Source of the DNA: Hyphochytrium catenoides
Taxonomy: Eukaryota; Protista; Hyphochytriomycota
DNA: 34,972 nt
Direction: 5' to 3'
NCBI GenBank assembly: GCA_900088475.1
Contig: FLMG01001795.1
Location: 1-34,972, forward strand
The translations under genes and the position numbers were made by a program. Under the pieces are notes generated by a model that was not told the origin of the DNA, did not search any database, and worked only from the letters and a program-made list of their open reading frames with translations. Positions 9,127-21,454 of the stretch are shown one piece after another. The stretch's first letter is position 1. Each line of letters opens with the position of its first letter.

Positions 9127-12100
9127 TCATCTCTTAGTCGGCGTCAGGCCATAAGCTCCTGCTAGCTTTTGGTCTAAGCGGTCAATAAAGTTCTGGAGGT
9201 TCTCATCTCTATGGGCTTTCTCCCTCTCTTGCCTTTCTAACACGATTCCTCCCGTTATTATCCCTCCCTGCTCTGTAAGCTCTGAGTTACCGCTGCCGCT
9301 TGATAGACTCCCAAAGAGTCTCTCTCCTCTGGCTTCTCCTGTGTCTTGTGCCAGCGGAGCCAGGCTCTTCTCCTCGTCTTCATAGCTCGGCTCTAAAGAG
9401 GGGCCAAAGAGAAGGTCTGCGGATGCGAATGAAGTTGCCAGTCCCGGCGAGAGAAAGTATGGCTTCTCCGCGTCTGTGGGCTGATCGAGATCAAGATCTT
9501 AGCATGTTCTGACAAAATGGAAGGACACTTTGGACACTAATTTCAATCAGCTATCTCCTGTCCCGTTGGCTGTATGGTCTCTCTCCCATGCCCTTCTCTC
9601 TCTCTCAGAACGGCCATTCTAAACTCTATTTGTATGCGTATGTGCTTCTTCCTGCTTACTGTCTCTCCCATTCTTTCTTTGCGCTTTATCTCCTCTCTCT
9701 CTCTCCCTCCCGCTGGGTCTTCTGGTCTTTGTCTCTCCATTTCGTCCCTGCATTTTGCTATCTCTGTCTTCTTCCCTCTCTCTCTCCGCCACAATATCTT
9801 CAGCCCCGCACAAATGATCGTAGCATTGTAACTGCACTTCCCTCGAGCCAAACCCAACTCAAAGCTTACCTCATTCCGAACGTTGGTTGTTTGCTTGAAC
9901 TCGAAGGCGTCTTCTCTCTCGTGCATCTGTCGCAGCATCTCTCTCCTTTCCTCTAGTAAAGTTGCTTCTCTCTCTTTCAATCTCTTTTCAGCCTCCTTTC
10001 GCTCTATCTCTCTTCGATCTCTCTCTCTTTCCTCACGTTCAGCTCGTCTCCGCTCTTGTCTTAGCTGACTCTGTAAGGACTGCAACAGATCCTCTTTGGC
10101 TCTCAGCTCAGTTATCTGCATGTCTTTCTTCACAAGTTGCCTCCTAGAATGACAGAGTAACAATGAGGATTATAAGACGACAACCATGAAGCTCTTGTCG
10201 ATCAAAAAGAAGAGAGAGATGAGATGGACGCGCGTTTATCGCTAAAAGGATCCAAAAGACCGAGAGAGGCATAGAGGCAACGGGAGGAAGAAGAGAGATT
10301 ATATTAGAGATCTCCTGCGAAAAGAAGGCCATAAACTAGATATAAAGGTTGATAATGAGAGCCCGAAGCAGCAGAGGGATGGAGAAAGAGAAAGAGTGAG
10401 ACCATGTTCAGAAAGCAGCAAGAGATTAAGCCAGACAAGGACGGCAAGGCCAAGAAAAGTAGCTACCGACTTTGCCATTTGCAGTTGCTGCTCCAGATTC
10501 TGAAGCTCTCTCTCCATTCTTTGGGCTTCTTCTCTGCTACTCCGTAGAAGGTCTGCTGTTTCTAGACGTAGCTGCCTCTCTGTCTCTTCCTTTTCTTGCT
10601 GGGCACCTTGCTCCTTCTCTAATCTCTCTTTCTCTCTTTTCAACATCTGCACTTCCTCCTGCATTACTTCAAAGTCTGAGAGGAGAAGATCATACTTTGC
10701 AAAAGGAACTGTCTGGAGGAGCTCATCTAGTCCCGCCTGGATCCGTCTCTCCAGAAAGAGAATCATTTCTTTGGCTGTCTCTCTCTCTTTCTCCATGTCC
10801 TTCAGTCTCTCCCCTAATCGCATCAAAGCCGCTTCTTTTTCTTCTTTGTCCCTCTCCTGCTCTTTAAAGCGCTCTTCCGCAGCATTTAGCCGCTTTGCCA
10901 GCACCAGAATCCCCTGCTTTAGGGCTTCTAACGCATGATCACTTGGGTCTTCTGCCTCGTCTTCAGAGGAAGATGGGGCCACTGTAGGAAAGAGGGGGAC
11001 AGGAAAGCGGTCCTGTCTCCAATGTAGAAGCCGCAACGTGGCAACAACAGCAAGGGCAATGGCCTTTAGCCCTCTTCTCCTAAGAAGCGGGCGAGAGAGA
11101 AGAGACGGAGGAAGAGAAAGAGGGTCCGTCCCTTCAAGCGTGATGAGTAAGGCTTCGGCTAGCTCCTGCAGCTTTTTCTCGAATCGAAGGCTCTTGGAGA
11201 GAAAGAAAGAGAGAACTTGCTTTTGAAAGATCAGGTTGTGGACCCTGTCTGCCAACGTCCTCTGCAGGAGACTTAACGGCTCATCTTTCTCCCTCACTGT
11301 CTTCTCTCTCGTTTCCTGTCCTTCTTCGATGGTCTTTGATGGTGCAGGCTGGGTCTCCAAGACTGGTGACAGCTGTAGGCCCTTCAAGGACTGAACGACT
11401 TTCTCTAGTGCAACCATTTTTTCGTCTTTCTGACTGAGGACGATCAGATGCTCTTCTCTCTCCTGGTCCCTGAGATCTTCCCATTTCTTCCTTTCTCGCT
11501 CTCTCTCTCCCTCGAACCTGGAGAGAAGGTTGGCTTCAAGCTCTTTCTTCTCTTCTTCCCAGCCATCTCCAACTGTCTTCTCCAGTTGCTTCAGCCTACC
11601 TTCTAGTTCTCTGGACGACGAAACGTATTGCTCTTTCTCTTTTTTCCTTCTCTCCTCCGCTTCTTCCCATCTGAACATCGCCTTAATACACAGAGACGCT
11701 ACTGCCTGGAGCTGGTCCTGGAGAAGGAAGGTAAGAGCTGAAAGGCTCTCTTCTTCACTAGGCTTTTTTCCCTCTGCTTTTCCAGATCTGTCTTCTGTGT
11801 TCACTTTGTCACTCTTGTCTTTACTTTGCGGCTCTTCCCTCTCTTCTGCTCCACTGTCACCAGCCACTGACTTGACCATCCGCCAGATGCTCTCCGTTTG
11901 CTGCTTACAGAGAAAGAGGGCTGACTTTTGGGTAGCAAGTTCTCTTTCTAGTTCTAAAGCCTAACAAATTCAGTTCAGAAAAGAATTAGCGAGCAAAGGA
12001 GGGAGAGAGGAAAGAGAAAATAGGGAAGAAACGCTCAAGAAGATACGAAGACAAGGAGGTCTACTAAAGCCTGCAGGGCATCGCGAGTGAAGGCCATGTA

Positions 12101-15100
12101 CGGCGAGGAAGTGGAACAAGGAGAAAGTGGGCCGAGAGAGCGAAGGCGATGTGAGGCAATACGCAGGCGAAGAATGCCCCGCCGCTGACGAGTAGAAAGT
12201 TGAGGAGCTCTATGGTAAGATGTAAGTGGGAGCGTTCTTTACCTGTTTCTTCCATTGCTCCTCTACGCTGTTCGCTGTCGCAGCTGTTGCTTGACTACGA
12301 ACCGTTTCTCCTTGGATGGATGCCACACTCTGACTGTTGGCTGCACAAGCTCCCTCCACCTTCTGATGCCGTTCTTCTTCTTGTCTTCGTAATGTTTCTA
12401 ACACCCCCCGGTGCTGCTGCACTTCGTTTTGGGAAGAACGAAGCTGATCCTCTAAACACTGCAGCTAATGGGAAGAGAAGGATCGCAAGAAACGGGGATA
12501 TCAAGCATGAGTGAAGAACGGGGAGCGCAGAGAGACCCTGCCCTGGTGGAAGGGAGGCCGCAGGAAGAAGCAATAGTTGTAAAATGAGAGCAGAGTATCA
12601 GAGGCTCCAAAGGTCTAGAGTTAGATCGTTGACTAAAATAAAGGGTGACACCCTAAAGGTTTAGGAGTGATACCTTCTGCGCTCTTTCTCTGTCTGATTT
12701 CTCTCTGTCTGCTAACTGAGCAAGTGTGGAAACTAGCTTTCTTTGTCTTTCTCGACCGAGAATAGCGGCATCCACAAGTCGGAGCCGGATTGATTCAACG
12801 AGAGATAGGAGGACCTGCCGTTGAGAAGGCGAACAGAGATGACGACACTGTCACGTGCTACCTATATTTACTGACGAGGAAGATGTAAAAGACAGATAGA
12901 AGCTATGCGCTAAAGGTCCTAGAGAAGACGCTTAGTAAGGACGATGGATCAAGCGAGTAATGATCTCTTGGACAGAGGAAAGATACGATCGGCTGGAGGC
13001 CAAGGAGTCATACAGATAATGGACAGATAATAAGCCCAAGACCCCAAGGAATGTGCTAAATCGTGGTGCGCTACATTTGAGCATGGGAGGAAGAGTGAGT
13101 TGGAAATAGAGAGCAGGACTGACCTCAAGACGTGGGAAAGGGCCTTTCCATTCTCCTTTACTCCCAGGAATGATCTACGAATGACAGGAGTCAGAACATG
13201 CAGTACGGTGGGTGCCGAAGAACAACTCCAGGCAATTCAGCGCGATAATCTCGAGAATATTTGAAGGATCGAAAATCCCCAGGATTGATGCATCTTCACC
13301 TTGCCCATGCTCTTTCTCTGTGTATCTCTCCCTTTCCCTTTCTGCGCGTGTCTCTCTCTCCTTGCTGTTGCTCATAATTCCTTTGGCAATATGGCTCCTG
13401 GGCCAGGTTTTGTAGCTTTGCCTCGCAGTACGCTGTCGTCTTACCTCTTTGGAGAGCCTGTTCTTAATGTCAGCAATGACCTCAGGGTCAACTGGTCCAG
13501 AGCGAAGGAGAACTGACTCCACAACTTTTTGAAAGAACTTCAGCTCCTCCTTCATGTCTTTATAAGCGGAGATAAAACCAGAAGCCAATGTAAGGCCATT
13601 GAAGGAACCTTAATTCAGAGACGAGACGGTATTATAAAGTAGAAGTGGAGACATAACCATACAAGTTTGGCTGAAGAAAGGGCTGAAACTGACACTTGAA
13701 CTTCAACTGCTGGACTTAATATACGAGATGACCAATATGCAGTGGCGCACGCGGGGTGTTTGTTACTGGTAGGACAGACAACCATCTCCGGTGAGAGAGA
13801 AAGAAGGCTATTTACCGGTAATGAACTCATTGAGTCTGGTTCCAGCCTTCTCTTTCTCAGTCAAGAGGCGTTCTACCTCAGCACCAGCCCGACGAACCTG
13901 GCTCTCGGACTGCAGCAGCTACGAAAGGACAGGATGGCTGTTACATAGAGACTGATGCAAGTGGGTGGCGGCAATTCAAAACTCTTTAAAACAGAAACAT
14001 TGGCAAGAGTTACCAAGAGCTAGAAGAAGATGTCTGGAGGCCGCCCAAGAGACCGTCATTTGGAGAAAGACCCTAGAGAACTCCACCAAGAAGCTAGCCG
14101 CATGCAAGATCGAAGATCAACGGTCAAGGCATGCTCTTTCTCTTCCTTGCTAAAAGCTCTGCCGTGGACAGCGCTGAGTGATACCTTTTCCTTGAAGTTT
14201 CGGATGCTACCTTCTGTGGAGCTGGCTTTCGCGCTCAGATCCCGCCTCAAACACTCAATTTCAAAATCCTGGAAAGAAGTAAGAAGGTCGGGAGGATGTT
14301 CCCTCAGCAAAGGTAACGGCAACTGAGCTAGCTACTCTTCGATGCCTCTTTTTAACGTCCCCTTCCCTGTCCCTATTAGAGATCCCTAATTGTGATCCAT
14401 AAGGGTTGCTCCGTAGTGGTAGATCCATCTCTTGATAGTCTTGATGCACCCCTGCGTTCTCCTTATAATCTCTTTGGTTGTTCAGAGCCTCCTCTTTTAC
14501 CTTTGCGGCCATAGCTTGCTTCAACGCCTCCGCCTGGGCGGTGAGGTGCTCCTCTTGGTTGAGAAAGGTCTGTAGGCACCGACAGTGAACAAATTATGTA
14601 CAGAGGTGAACAAAAGAGCACGATAAGTTTATCCCCTCCAGGAAGACAGTCTCTACTGATAGGCTGTGTTCTGGGAACCTGTTTTTTAGTGCGAAGGGTC
14701 TCCGCTAGCTTCTTATAGTTCTTTTCTTGTTCTTGAGCTCTGCGCTCTGTCTTTTCCCGCTCTTCTCTAAGGTTCTTGATGGCTTCTTCATCTTTGACAG
14801 CCTAGGAGCAAGGGACCAGCAGAGGTAAGACATAGAGCCTGCTTGGTCTGCCCATGCCGGTGTACTGTTGCCGGCATGAGAGAATCAATTGCTTGAGGAT
14901 GAGGTAGAAGGGCGTTAAGATGATGAGAGTAGGACAGGTACAAGCCTTCCAAAGTACCTTTTGCTTGAGGCCTTCGATCTCTTTCTTAACCTTGCCAAGC
15001 TATAAGTGTTTGGATGAAGAGGCGTCGAAACACATTGTGATGAGGGCAGACACTTTGCAAACGCCAACAGCTAAAGAGCAGATCACCTACCTCGGCCGTG

Positions 15101-17094
15101 TTCTCCTTCTCCCTTATTAGCGCTGTTTCCGCGGACCTCAGCTGTGAAGGTCATCGAATGAGTTAGGGTCGCTAGAGAGGTAGGAGCAATAACGAGGTGC
15201 GACAGGAAAGCCATAAAATAGGACAAGAGGTAAGAAAACAAGTAATGTTCGAAGAAGTCCTCTCTTTGCAAGCCCATATAGAAGGACGCCAACGGACGAG
15301 CTTTAGCACGATGGCTAGCAAAGACAACACTTTTATATAGCGTCGTAGGGATAACGGAGACAACAAAATCCCAAGAAGAAGCTGAAGCAGGATTTACGCT
15401 TAGAGCCAGCGCGTTGTGAACAACGTGACTCTTAGGTTGGAGACGTGGAGAAAGCGTTATCGAAAATTACCTTCTCTCTCAAGATCTTTGCTTCCTTGCG
15501 TAATTCTCTTATTGTCTCTTCTCCCAGTACCAATGTCTCTCTATATTCGTTCTTAGCCTTGGTCTGCTCAACCTTTTGCTCCTATTGAAGTTGGAGGCAA
15601 GAGTGAGCCCAAGTATAGAGCTACGCCTTACGATTGGATCGACTAATGGCTGCCAAGGAAGATCGGAAGGGTAGTCTATGGGATAAAGTTGAGAGGTATA
15701 GACAGAGGGAGGTAAGATAGACTGCAAGCGCGCAGTATTGACTAGATCATCTGGAAAGACGCTTTCGGGAACCTTGGTTAGCTCTGAGGGTAACACTCAT
15801 TTAAAGATTTTGTCCTACTGGTGTGGACGTGTTGAGGTGAGGATGGCTTACCTGCTCCTTCTTTAGAATCATGGCGAGCTCGTACTCTAGCTGGTCTCTG
15901 CTACGTTGGAGCTCTGTTGCCTTTAGCTGGACCACCGCGAAAGCCTTCTTGTTCTCAAGCTCTAGTCTTTCTCTCTCGTGCAACCATTCTTCCTCCTTTT
16001 CTGACAACTGTCGTTTCCAGCTAAGCTCATCTCTCTGCCTGTCTGCCAAGCCCGAGAGGACCTCTCTACTCTTTCCTTCGTTGTCACGTTTCAATCGCTG
16101 AATCTCTTCATCAAGCTCCATGCAGCGCTTCCTATAAAATAAAGTCTCAGGAGAATTTTGCTGCTCTCTAACTGTCTTCTCCAGAACTAGAGAGGGAGGA
16201 CGAAGGCGGCAAACGAACTGCGTCAGATATTGCATGAAGGGACACTGAACTCAAGATAATTGCACGAATTCTGCAATAAGGGCTGTCAAAGAGGGAGACA
16301 CTGCAATCCAAGAGTGAGAGGCGGCAACCTAGTATTTAGACTCCCAGGATTATGAACAGAGAACTAGGACTAGGCGAGGAACCTGAAGGTTGAATTAGTT
16401 AAATAGAGAGATTAAGTACGGAAAAGTCTGGGGAGAAAGACTGACGATGAATCCTCTGGGTCTGGGATTGGAGCTGCTCCCTTGCCGCCCTCAAGAGCTC
16501 GAATTGGCTCTTGAGCACTTTCATCGCCTGCTCATCGGCGAGCAGCTCCTGCAAAAGAGACAGAAGAAGGGAAAATAAAGCCGATGAAGATAGTTTGTTA
16601 TGTAGAGGGCGATTGACAGACCCAAATGCTAGCCAGCAGCGTTGAAGATGTGAACCCTTGAAAGAAGTTGGGAGATGATCAATGAGCTGGGAGTACAGAG
16701 GTTAACTGACCCTAAGATCCAGCTCATCGGCCATGTCCTGTAGGGTAAAGTCGAAAGTCGAGGAGAAATCGGCCCCGATGCTTTGCAAAGAAGAAGAGAC
16801 ATTGCCAGTCTTGAGCTCACTCTCTTCCTCTGGCGTTTCTTGTGGCTCTGCATGCTCCTCCAGTTTGTGGCCTCTTTTGCTTTCTCCTTGAAATTCTCCA
16901 TTGCTGAGGGTATGCATCCCCTTGAGCTCCTCTACGAGACGTCTTTGTCTGTTGAGGTTATCTCTTTGTTGTTGCAACCGCTGCTCAAAGCCATCGTCCC
17001 GCCCGGGCAAGAAGGAGAAGGAAGAGGCTGAAGAAAGAATAGTGGACGCCGCTCTAGGCTCATTATTGTTGCCGCTTCCTGTTCTAGAAAACAT
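9127..17094 (-). CDS. Large multi-exon coiled-coil protein, CCDC171-like (~1300+ aa)
   Basis: Sixteen phase-consistent GT-AG exons: 17094-16711, 16548-16446, 16186-15852, 15581-15471, 15141-15091, 14999-14958, 14801-14679, 14569-14501, 14268-14185, 13918-13816, 13557-13445, 13174-13124, 12814-12674, 12464-12243, 11960-10471, 10143-9870 (1232 codons). Probable last exon 9392-9127; the link to it and the start codon are uncertain. E/K/R/Q heptad-rich throughout; QLEYELA, LIFQKQVL and LKAIALAVVATLRL recall CCDC171. Gene structure is well supported, family call is moderate. Confidence 0.75.
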
Positions 17095-18056
17095 AGCGCT
17101 GTGTCTCCTCAAAGCCACCTTTCGCTTGCCGTTTAAGGTCTGAGGACAGGATAGCTCAGCAGTCCCATCATGAGGCTGGAATGTCGGCAAGAAAATCCAG
17201 ATTAAGTGTGAGGAAGAGTGTTTGCCCTACTGTAGCAGGTTGACTTTCATGAGCTCTTCCATTGCTAGGCTACCGGAGCGGATGAGCGGGAGACCATGAG
17301 CAGGAACAGCCCAAGGCAAGCCTCGTCTGAGAAGCACAGGTTCCCCCCGGGCTGAGGTTCTCTGGCTTGGGCATAGAGCGGTGGACTACAACAGCTACCG
17401 CAGACTATGCTCTGGAGCATTTATAGACCCGTGACTTCAAATAATCAATGCCCTATGGTACATACGAGGGCCATATAGATGCTGCTCTTCTTAGATGGTG
17501 CTGGCAAACCCAATGTCTCTCCTGTTCTGAATTCTGAAGCTTTTCGTGAGCAAAGCTTCAGATGTCGGTTTGCTGTCATCAATATCACCAAACTGATATC
17601 CTACTCAGTTATCAAACCTTAGAAGTATATCTCCCATCTCCTCATCTCCTCTTGTTATTCGAAATTCACTCATTCCGTATTTGAGATGTTGAAAGTCTTT
17701 CTTGTCGGCATCCGAACTCCGCAATTTAGATTTGGAATTCAGAGCCTCGCCATATGTATTGTACCTCTCTTTTGGAAATCGATGCTTCTAGTTTTCGGAC
17801 TCGGCAAAAATAGGTACGTGAACCTTTGAGAAAGGGCAAAAAAGATAGATTTTCTCTCCTCCGTTGATTTTTGCGCCTCGATCTTTCCAATAATAATAAA
17901 AGAACTCGCAACCTTTCTGCTGCGTGATGAGCGAAGACTATTGCGTCTCTAGATTTGCCAACAATAGGTAAACGGTTAGGTCTTCACCTTCAAGGAAAGC
18001 AACGGAGCTAGTTTTAAGCTACTGCCGCTCATCCAGATTACATCCCTTCTTAGAGG

Positions 18057-18207
18057 GTAAGTGGTTTCACAGATTGCTGAACAATCCTACATCATCCGTG
18101 CCTTTGCGCGCGACATTGTCCTGCGTCCATTGCAAGTCCTGTGTCCTCTAGGTGCGATAGCTCGTCTCCTGTTCTTCATCTGCTGACTTCGTTCACCCCC
18201 TATCTAG
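18057..18207 (+). other. Probable 5'-UTR intron of the Alba gene
   Basis: gtaagt donor, gctgac branch site, pyrimidine tract and ctag acceptor. There is an in-frame TAG between the acceptor and the ATG at 18245. Confidence 0.5.
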
Positions 18208-18244
18208 GAAAGAATTACTAGTGAAGAGATAGTATAAGGATACC

Positions 18245-18641
18245 ATGAGCGAGGACAAGCGAGAAGGCGAGGAGAACGTGACCGTCTCTGTTAGACGAAC
18301 GCCAGGTGAGTCTCCGTGACAGCCTTGCTTATTGTTACATTGTTGGGGTGTGCGGCTAATCTAAGGCCCGATCGCTGCTAGCTTTCTACGCTACGGTTGC
18401 CGCCAATAAGCTAAAGTCAACTGAGACCATCAACATTCTGGCTGCTGACGCTGCCATTACCGGTGCCGCACAAGTCACAGAGATTCTAAAGAGCCGAAAT
18501 GACGCAGTCGTAACTAGCATCAAGACTTCTTATGGCTATGGACCACATGGAGGTGGCTATCGTGCAGCTAGAATGCACATCATTGTACAGCGTACCCCTC
18601 AATTCCTTGCGAGGCTGCAGGAAGCTGAGGCAGAAGCTTGA
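18245..18641 (+). CDS. Alba-family DNA/RNA-binding protein (106 aa, 2 coding exons: 18245-18305, 18382-18641)
   Basis: Intron gtgagt...gctaat...ctag. Spliced product MSEDKREGEENVTVSVRRTPAFYATVAANKLKSTETINILAADAAITGAAQVTEILKSRNDAVVTSIKTSY...ARMHIIVQRTPQF matches the eukaryotic small Alba pattern (VS....FY..A......AI...V.EILK....V...I.TS). Confidence 0.85.
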
Positions 18642-19915
18642 CAGATAGAGACGGAGCTAGGCTGGAAGAGGCTATCTACAGCAACACTTATGATACGTAA
18701 CGGTATTGTTACCTTCTCAAGCGATAATGCTGAATGCGCTAAGCAAGCCACTAGTACGCTACGGTCTGTACGGTGAAGCGAGTGGTCTTGCCTCTTTTCC
18801 ATCTTACATTACGACCTCCCTTGCCCATTCGCATCCTCCCCTGCGTTTGCCCTTCTTCGGTAGAGATGTTCTGGAGTTGTCATAGTCCTCTCCAATACAG
18901 CTAGGTCGCATCATATGTCCTCCTAGCGTAGCCTCCACGCTCTGTGTGTTGCGCCTTGCAAATACCGTGGTGCTTCTACGCTGCTGCCTTATGGCCTGGA
19001 TCTTTTCGACTCTAGGTTGAAGATGGGGGCCGCAGTGGTTCTGCACTTTGCTCTGGTGTAGACGGCATTGACGTAGACGAAAATACTACGATTAAGTCAT
19101 CATCATGGATATCCTTTGTTGAGGTCACTAGCAGTGGTGTTAACGAAGGTGAAGATCAGGAAACAAGTAGAAGAAGGGTGACTTCTACACACGCCCACTA
19201 GAGCTATTGCTAGAAAGCCGAGTGAGAGCTTCTTTATATCAGAGAAATGAATCCATCATCATCTGCTATTTCTAACAGAAATAGCGACTTTCTAGAAGCA
19301 GCTGTCCACTCTCGTCAGCATATGTAGTACGAAGTAGTCCGTCTCTGTCAGCGTCACCACCACTACTCCTCCCGTTTTGGGCGTCGCTACCTAGAGTAAC
19401 CTCAAGAAGGGTCATTGGGGTCCTCCATGATGTCATGCGACTCCTTCAGTGTAGAAGGTGTTGGGATGTTGGTGGCGATATGTTGAATTTTGGTGCTGCT
19501 CCTCTTCTGAGCAGCAAGCGCTCGCGGTGCGAGAGGCTGTAACGACTCTTCTCTTTACTTTACTTTTAGAAGGTTCTGGCCCATATGTTGTTTACCTTGG
19601 TCATGGGGTTCAATCATCAAAATAGCTAAAACAAGGAAAAGAGCCCACAGTTCTGCCTTCTGTGCCAAGCACTATCCCTATCTCTTATGTGGTTGTCTAC
19701 CTTGAATGCTTTGCATCAAGAATGTTGTTATAGCTTCCCATGCCTGCAGAGTGTAAGAGTGGCAGCGAGAAGAGGAATAACAAGTTAGGGCAGACTAGGA
19801 GCAAGGTTTGCTAGGTGGGAAAAGAAAGGAAAGAAGCCAAGATTAGACCAACGAGAGAGAGAGAGAGAGGTAGAGTACCAGCAGGAGGGGACCAGCACAG
19901 ACGCAGTCAGGGCTT

Positions 19916-21454
19916 CTAAAGTTTAGAACGCAAACCTCTTTGCTTCCACTGGTAGGATCCTCCATGGTATTTGAACCCTAATCGCGCTACTAGTTCATCA
20001 CTCTCCCTTGGACCTCGGGTGCCAAACTTATATGGAAGTGGCTGGATCTTTTCTCTCTCAAGCTGGTGCAGCAACGGAGTAAAGATCTTCCAGGCCGCAG
20101 TCAATTCATCCGAGCGCACAAAGGTTGCCTGTTGGCCTCTCAACGTGTCCAGGATGAGCCGGGTATACGCGTCAGGTAAATAATGAGCTTCTTCATATCT
20201 TTCCTTGTAGGTCAGGTCCAGCTCACTTTCTACAGCCTCGGTAGCAAGGCCTGGCTTCTTCACGTTGGTCTTTAGGTAAATCGCCTCGTCCGGTTGAAGA
20301 CGGATGACCAGCTCGTTTCTTGGAAGATCTCTACCTTCAAACATCTCGTATGCAGCTGGAGGAGACTTGAACTGAATCCGAATTTCCCCTTTACGCTCAT
20401 TAAGAGCTTTTCCTGCCTTCAAAATAAATGGAACGCCGCTCCAGCGGGGGTTGTTGATCCACATCACCATCGTAGCAAAAGTAGGGCACAGAGAGCCCTC
20501 TGGCACTGATTTATCATCGAGATACCCCGGATTCTTGCCCTCGTCATCTGCAATGTACTGGCCTATGACCACCTCGTTCAGCTTGATAGGCTGAATGCAG
20601 TTGAGAACCTTCACTTTCTCATCGCGCACGAAGTTGGCATAATTCTCCCCAGCAACACGGACAGGAGCCTCCATCGTCACCAAGGATAGCACCTGTAGAA
20701 GATGGTTCTGGATCACGTCTCTAATGATCCCGTAGTTGTCAAAGTAACCGCCACGACCATAAGTGCCAATGTCCTCTTTGAAAGTTATGGTGACCATTGA
20801 GATGTGCAGACGGCTCCATAGAGGCTCGAAGATCGTGTTGCCGAACCTCATAATCATCAAGTTCTGGACCATTTCTTTGCCTAGATAGTGGTCAATTCGG
20901 AAAATCTGATCCTCGGTGAAAAATGAGGTGATCTGCCGGGATAGCTCCTCGGAGCTCTCCAAATCTCTGCCAAAGGGCTTTTCTACGATGATCCTATTCC
21001 AGCCATGCTGAGACATTGCACTTTTCTTAATGGCTGCACCAACTGTGGCGAAGACGTTGGGAGGAAGTGCAAAGTAAAAGAGCCTGTTGATCTTTGGGCG
21101 GCGGCATTTCTCCTCCATTTTCTGCAGCTCCTCTGACAACTCCCCCATCTTCCCCGCGTCATCATACTGGCCCGAGCGGTAATAGCACAGCTGCAGGAAC
21201 TCCTCTACCATTTCATTCTCACCCTTCAAATGCTTCCTGATGTGCTCTCTAAAGTCCTCATCTGATATATGAGAGCGAGCATAGCCAACGATGATGGTGG
21301 CCCCACGAGGTAGAAAGTCATGAGAATAGAGTGCAAAAAGAGAAGGATAGGTCTTCTTCTTTGCTAGGTCTCCTGATGCACCATAGACGATAATGCTAAT
21401 GGTATCGTCCTCATAGTTGCCACCTGTGGCCCGGAATGACGGTGACTTCTCCAT
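19916..21454 (-). CDS. G6PD: Glucose-6-phosphate 1-dehydrogenase, intronless, C-terminal PTS1 (SKL)
   Basis: 512-aa ORF with GASGDLAKKK, EKPFG, RIDHYLGKE, GRGGYFD, IIRDVIQNH and DAYTRL motifs; ends RSKL*. Confidence 0.98.
   Translation of the reverse strand: MEKSPSFRATGGNYEDDTISIIVYGASGDLAKKKTYPSLFALYSHDFLPRGATIIVGYARSHISDEDFREHIRKHLKGENEMVEEFLQLCYYRSGQYDDAGKMGELSEELQKMEEKCRRPKINRLFYFALPPNVFATVGAAIKKSAMSQHGWNRIIVEKPFGRDLESSEELSRQITSFFTEDQIFRIDHYLGKEMVQNLMIMRFGNTIFEPLWSRLHISMVTITFKEDIGTYGRGGYFDNYGIIRDVIQNHLLQVLSLVTMEAPVRVAGENYANFVRDEKVKVLNCIQPIKLNEVVIGQYIADDEGKNPGYLDDKSVPEGSLCPTFATMVMWINNPRWSGVPFILKAGKALNERKGEIRIQFKSPPAAYEMFEGRDLPRNELVIRLQPDEAIYLKTNVKKPGLATEAVESELDLTYKERYEEAHYLPDAYTRLILDTLRGQQATFVRSDELTAAWKIFTPLLHQLEREKIQPLPYKFGTRGPRESDELVARLGFKYHGGSYQWKQRGLRSKL

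Noticed and set aside
18470-18665. RelA/SpoT small alarmone synthetase-like GYR..HIIV...QI.T pattern
   Set aside because: No DIAGxR motif and a stop intervenes. The spliced product fits Alba along its whole length.
18236-19117. Other RTATCCTT matches (minus strand 18243-18236; plus strand 19109-19116)
   Set aside because: Not at an exon boundary of any supported gene, and no paired U12 branch site was seen.
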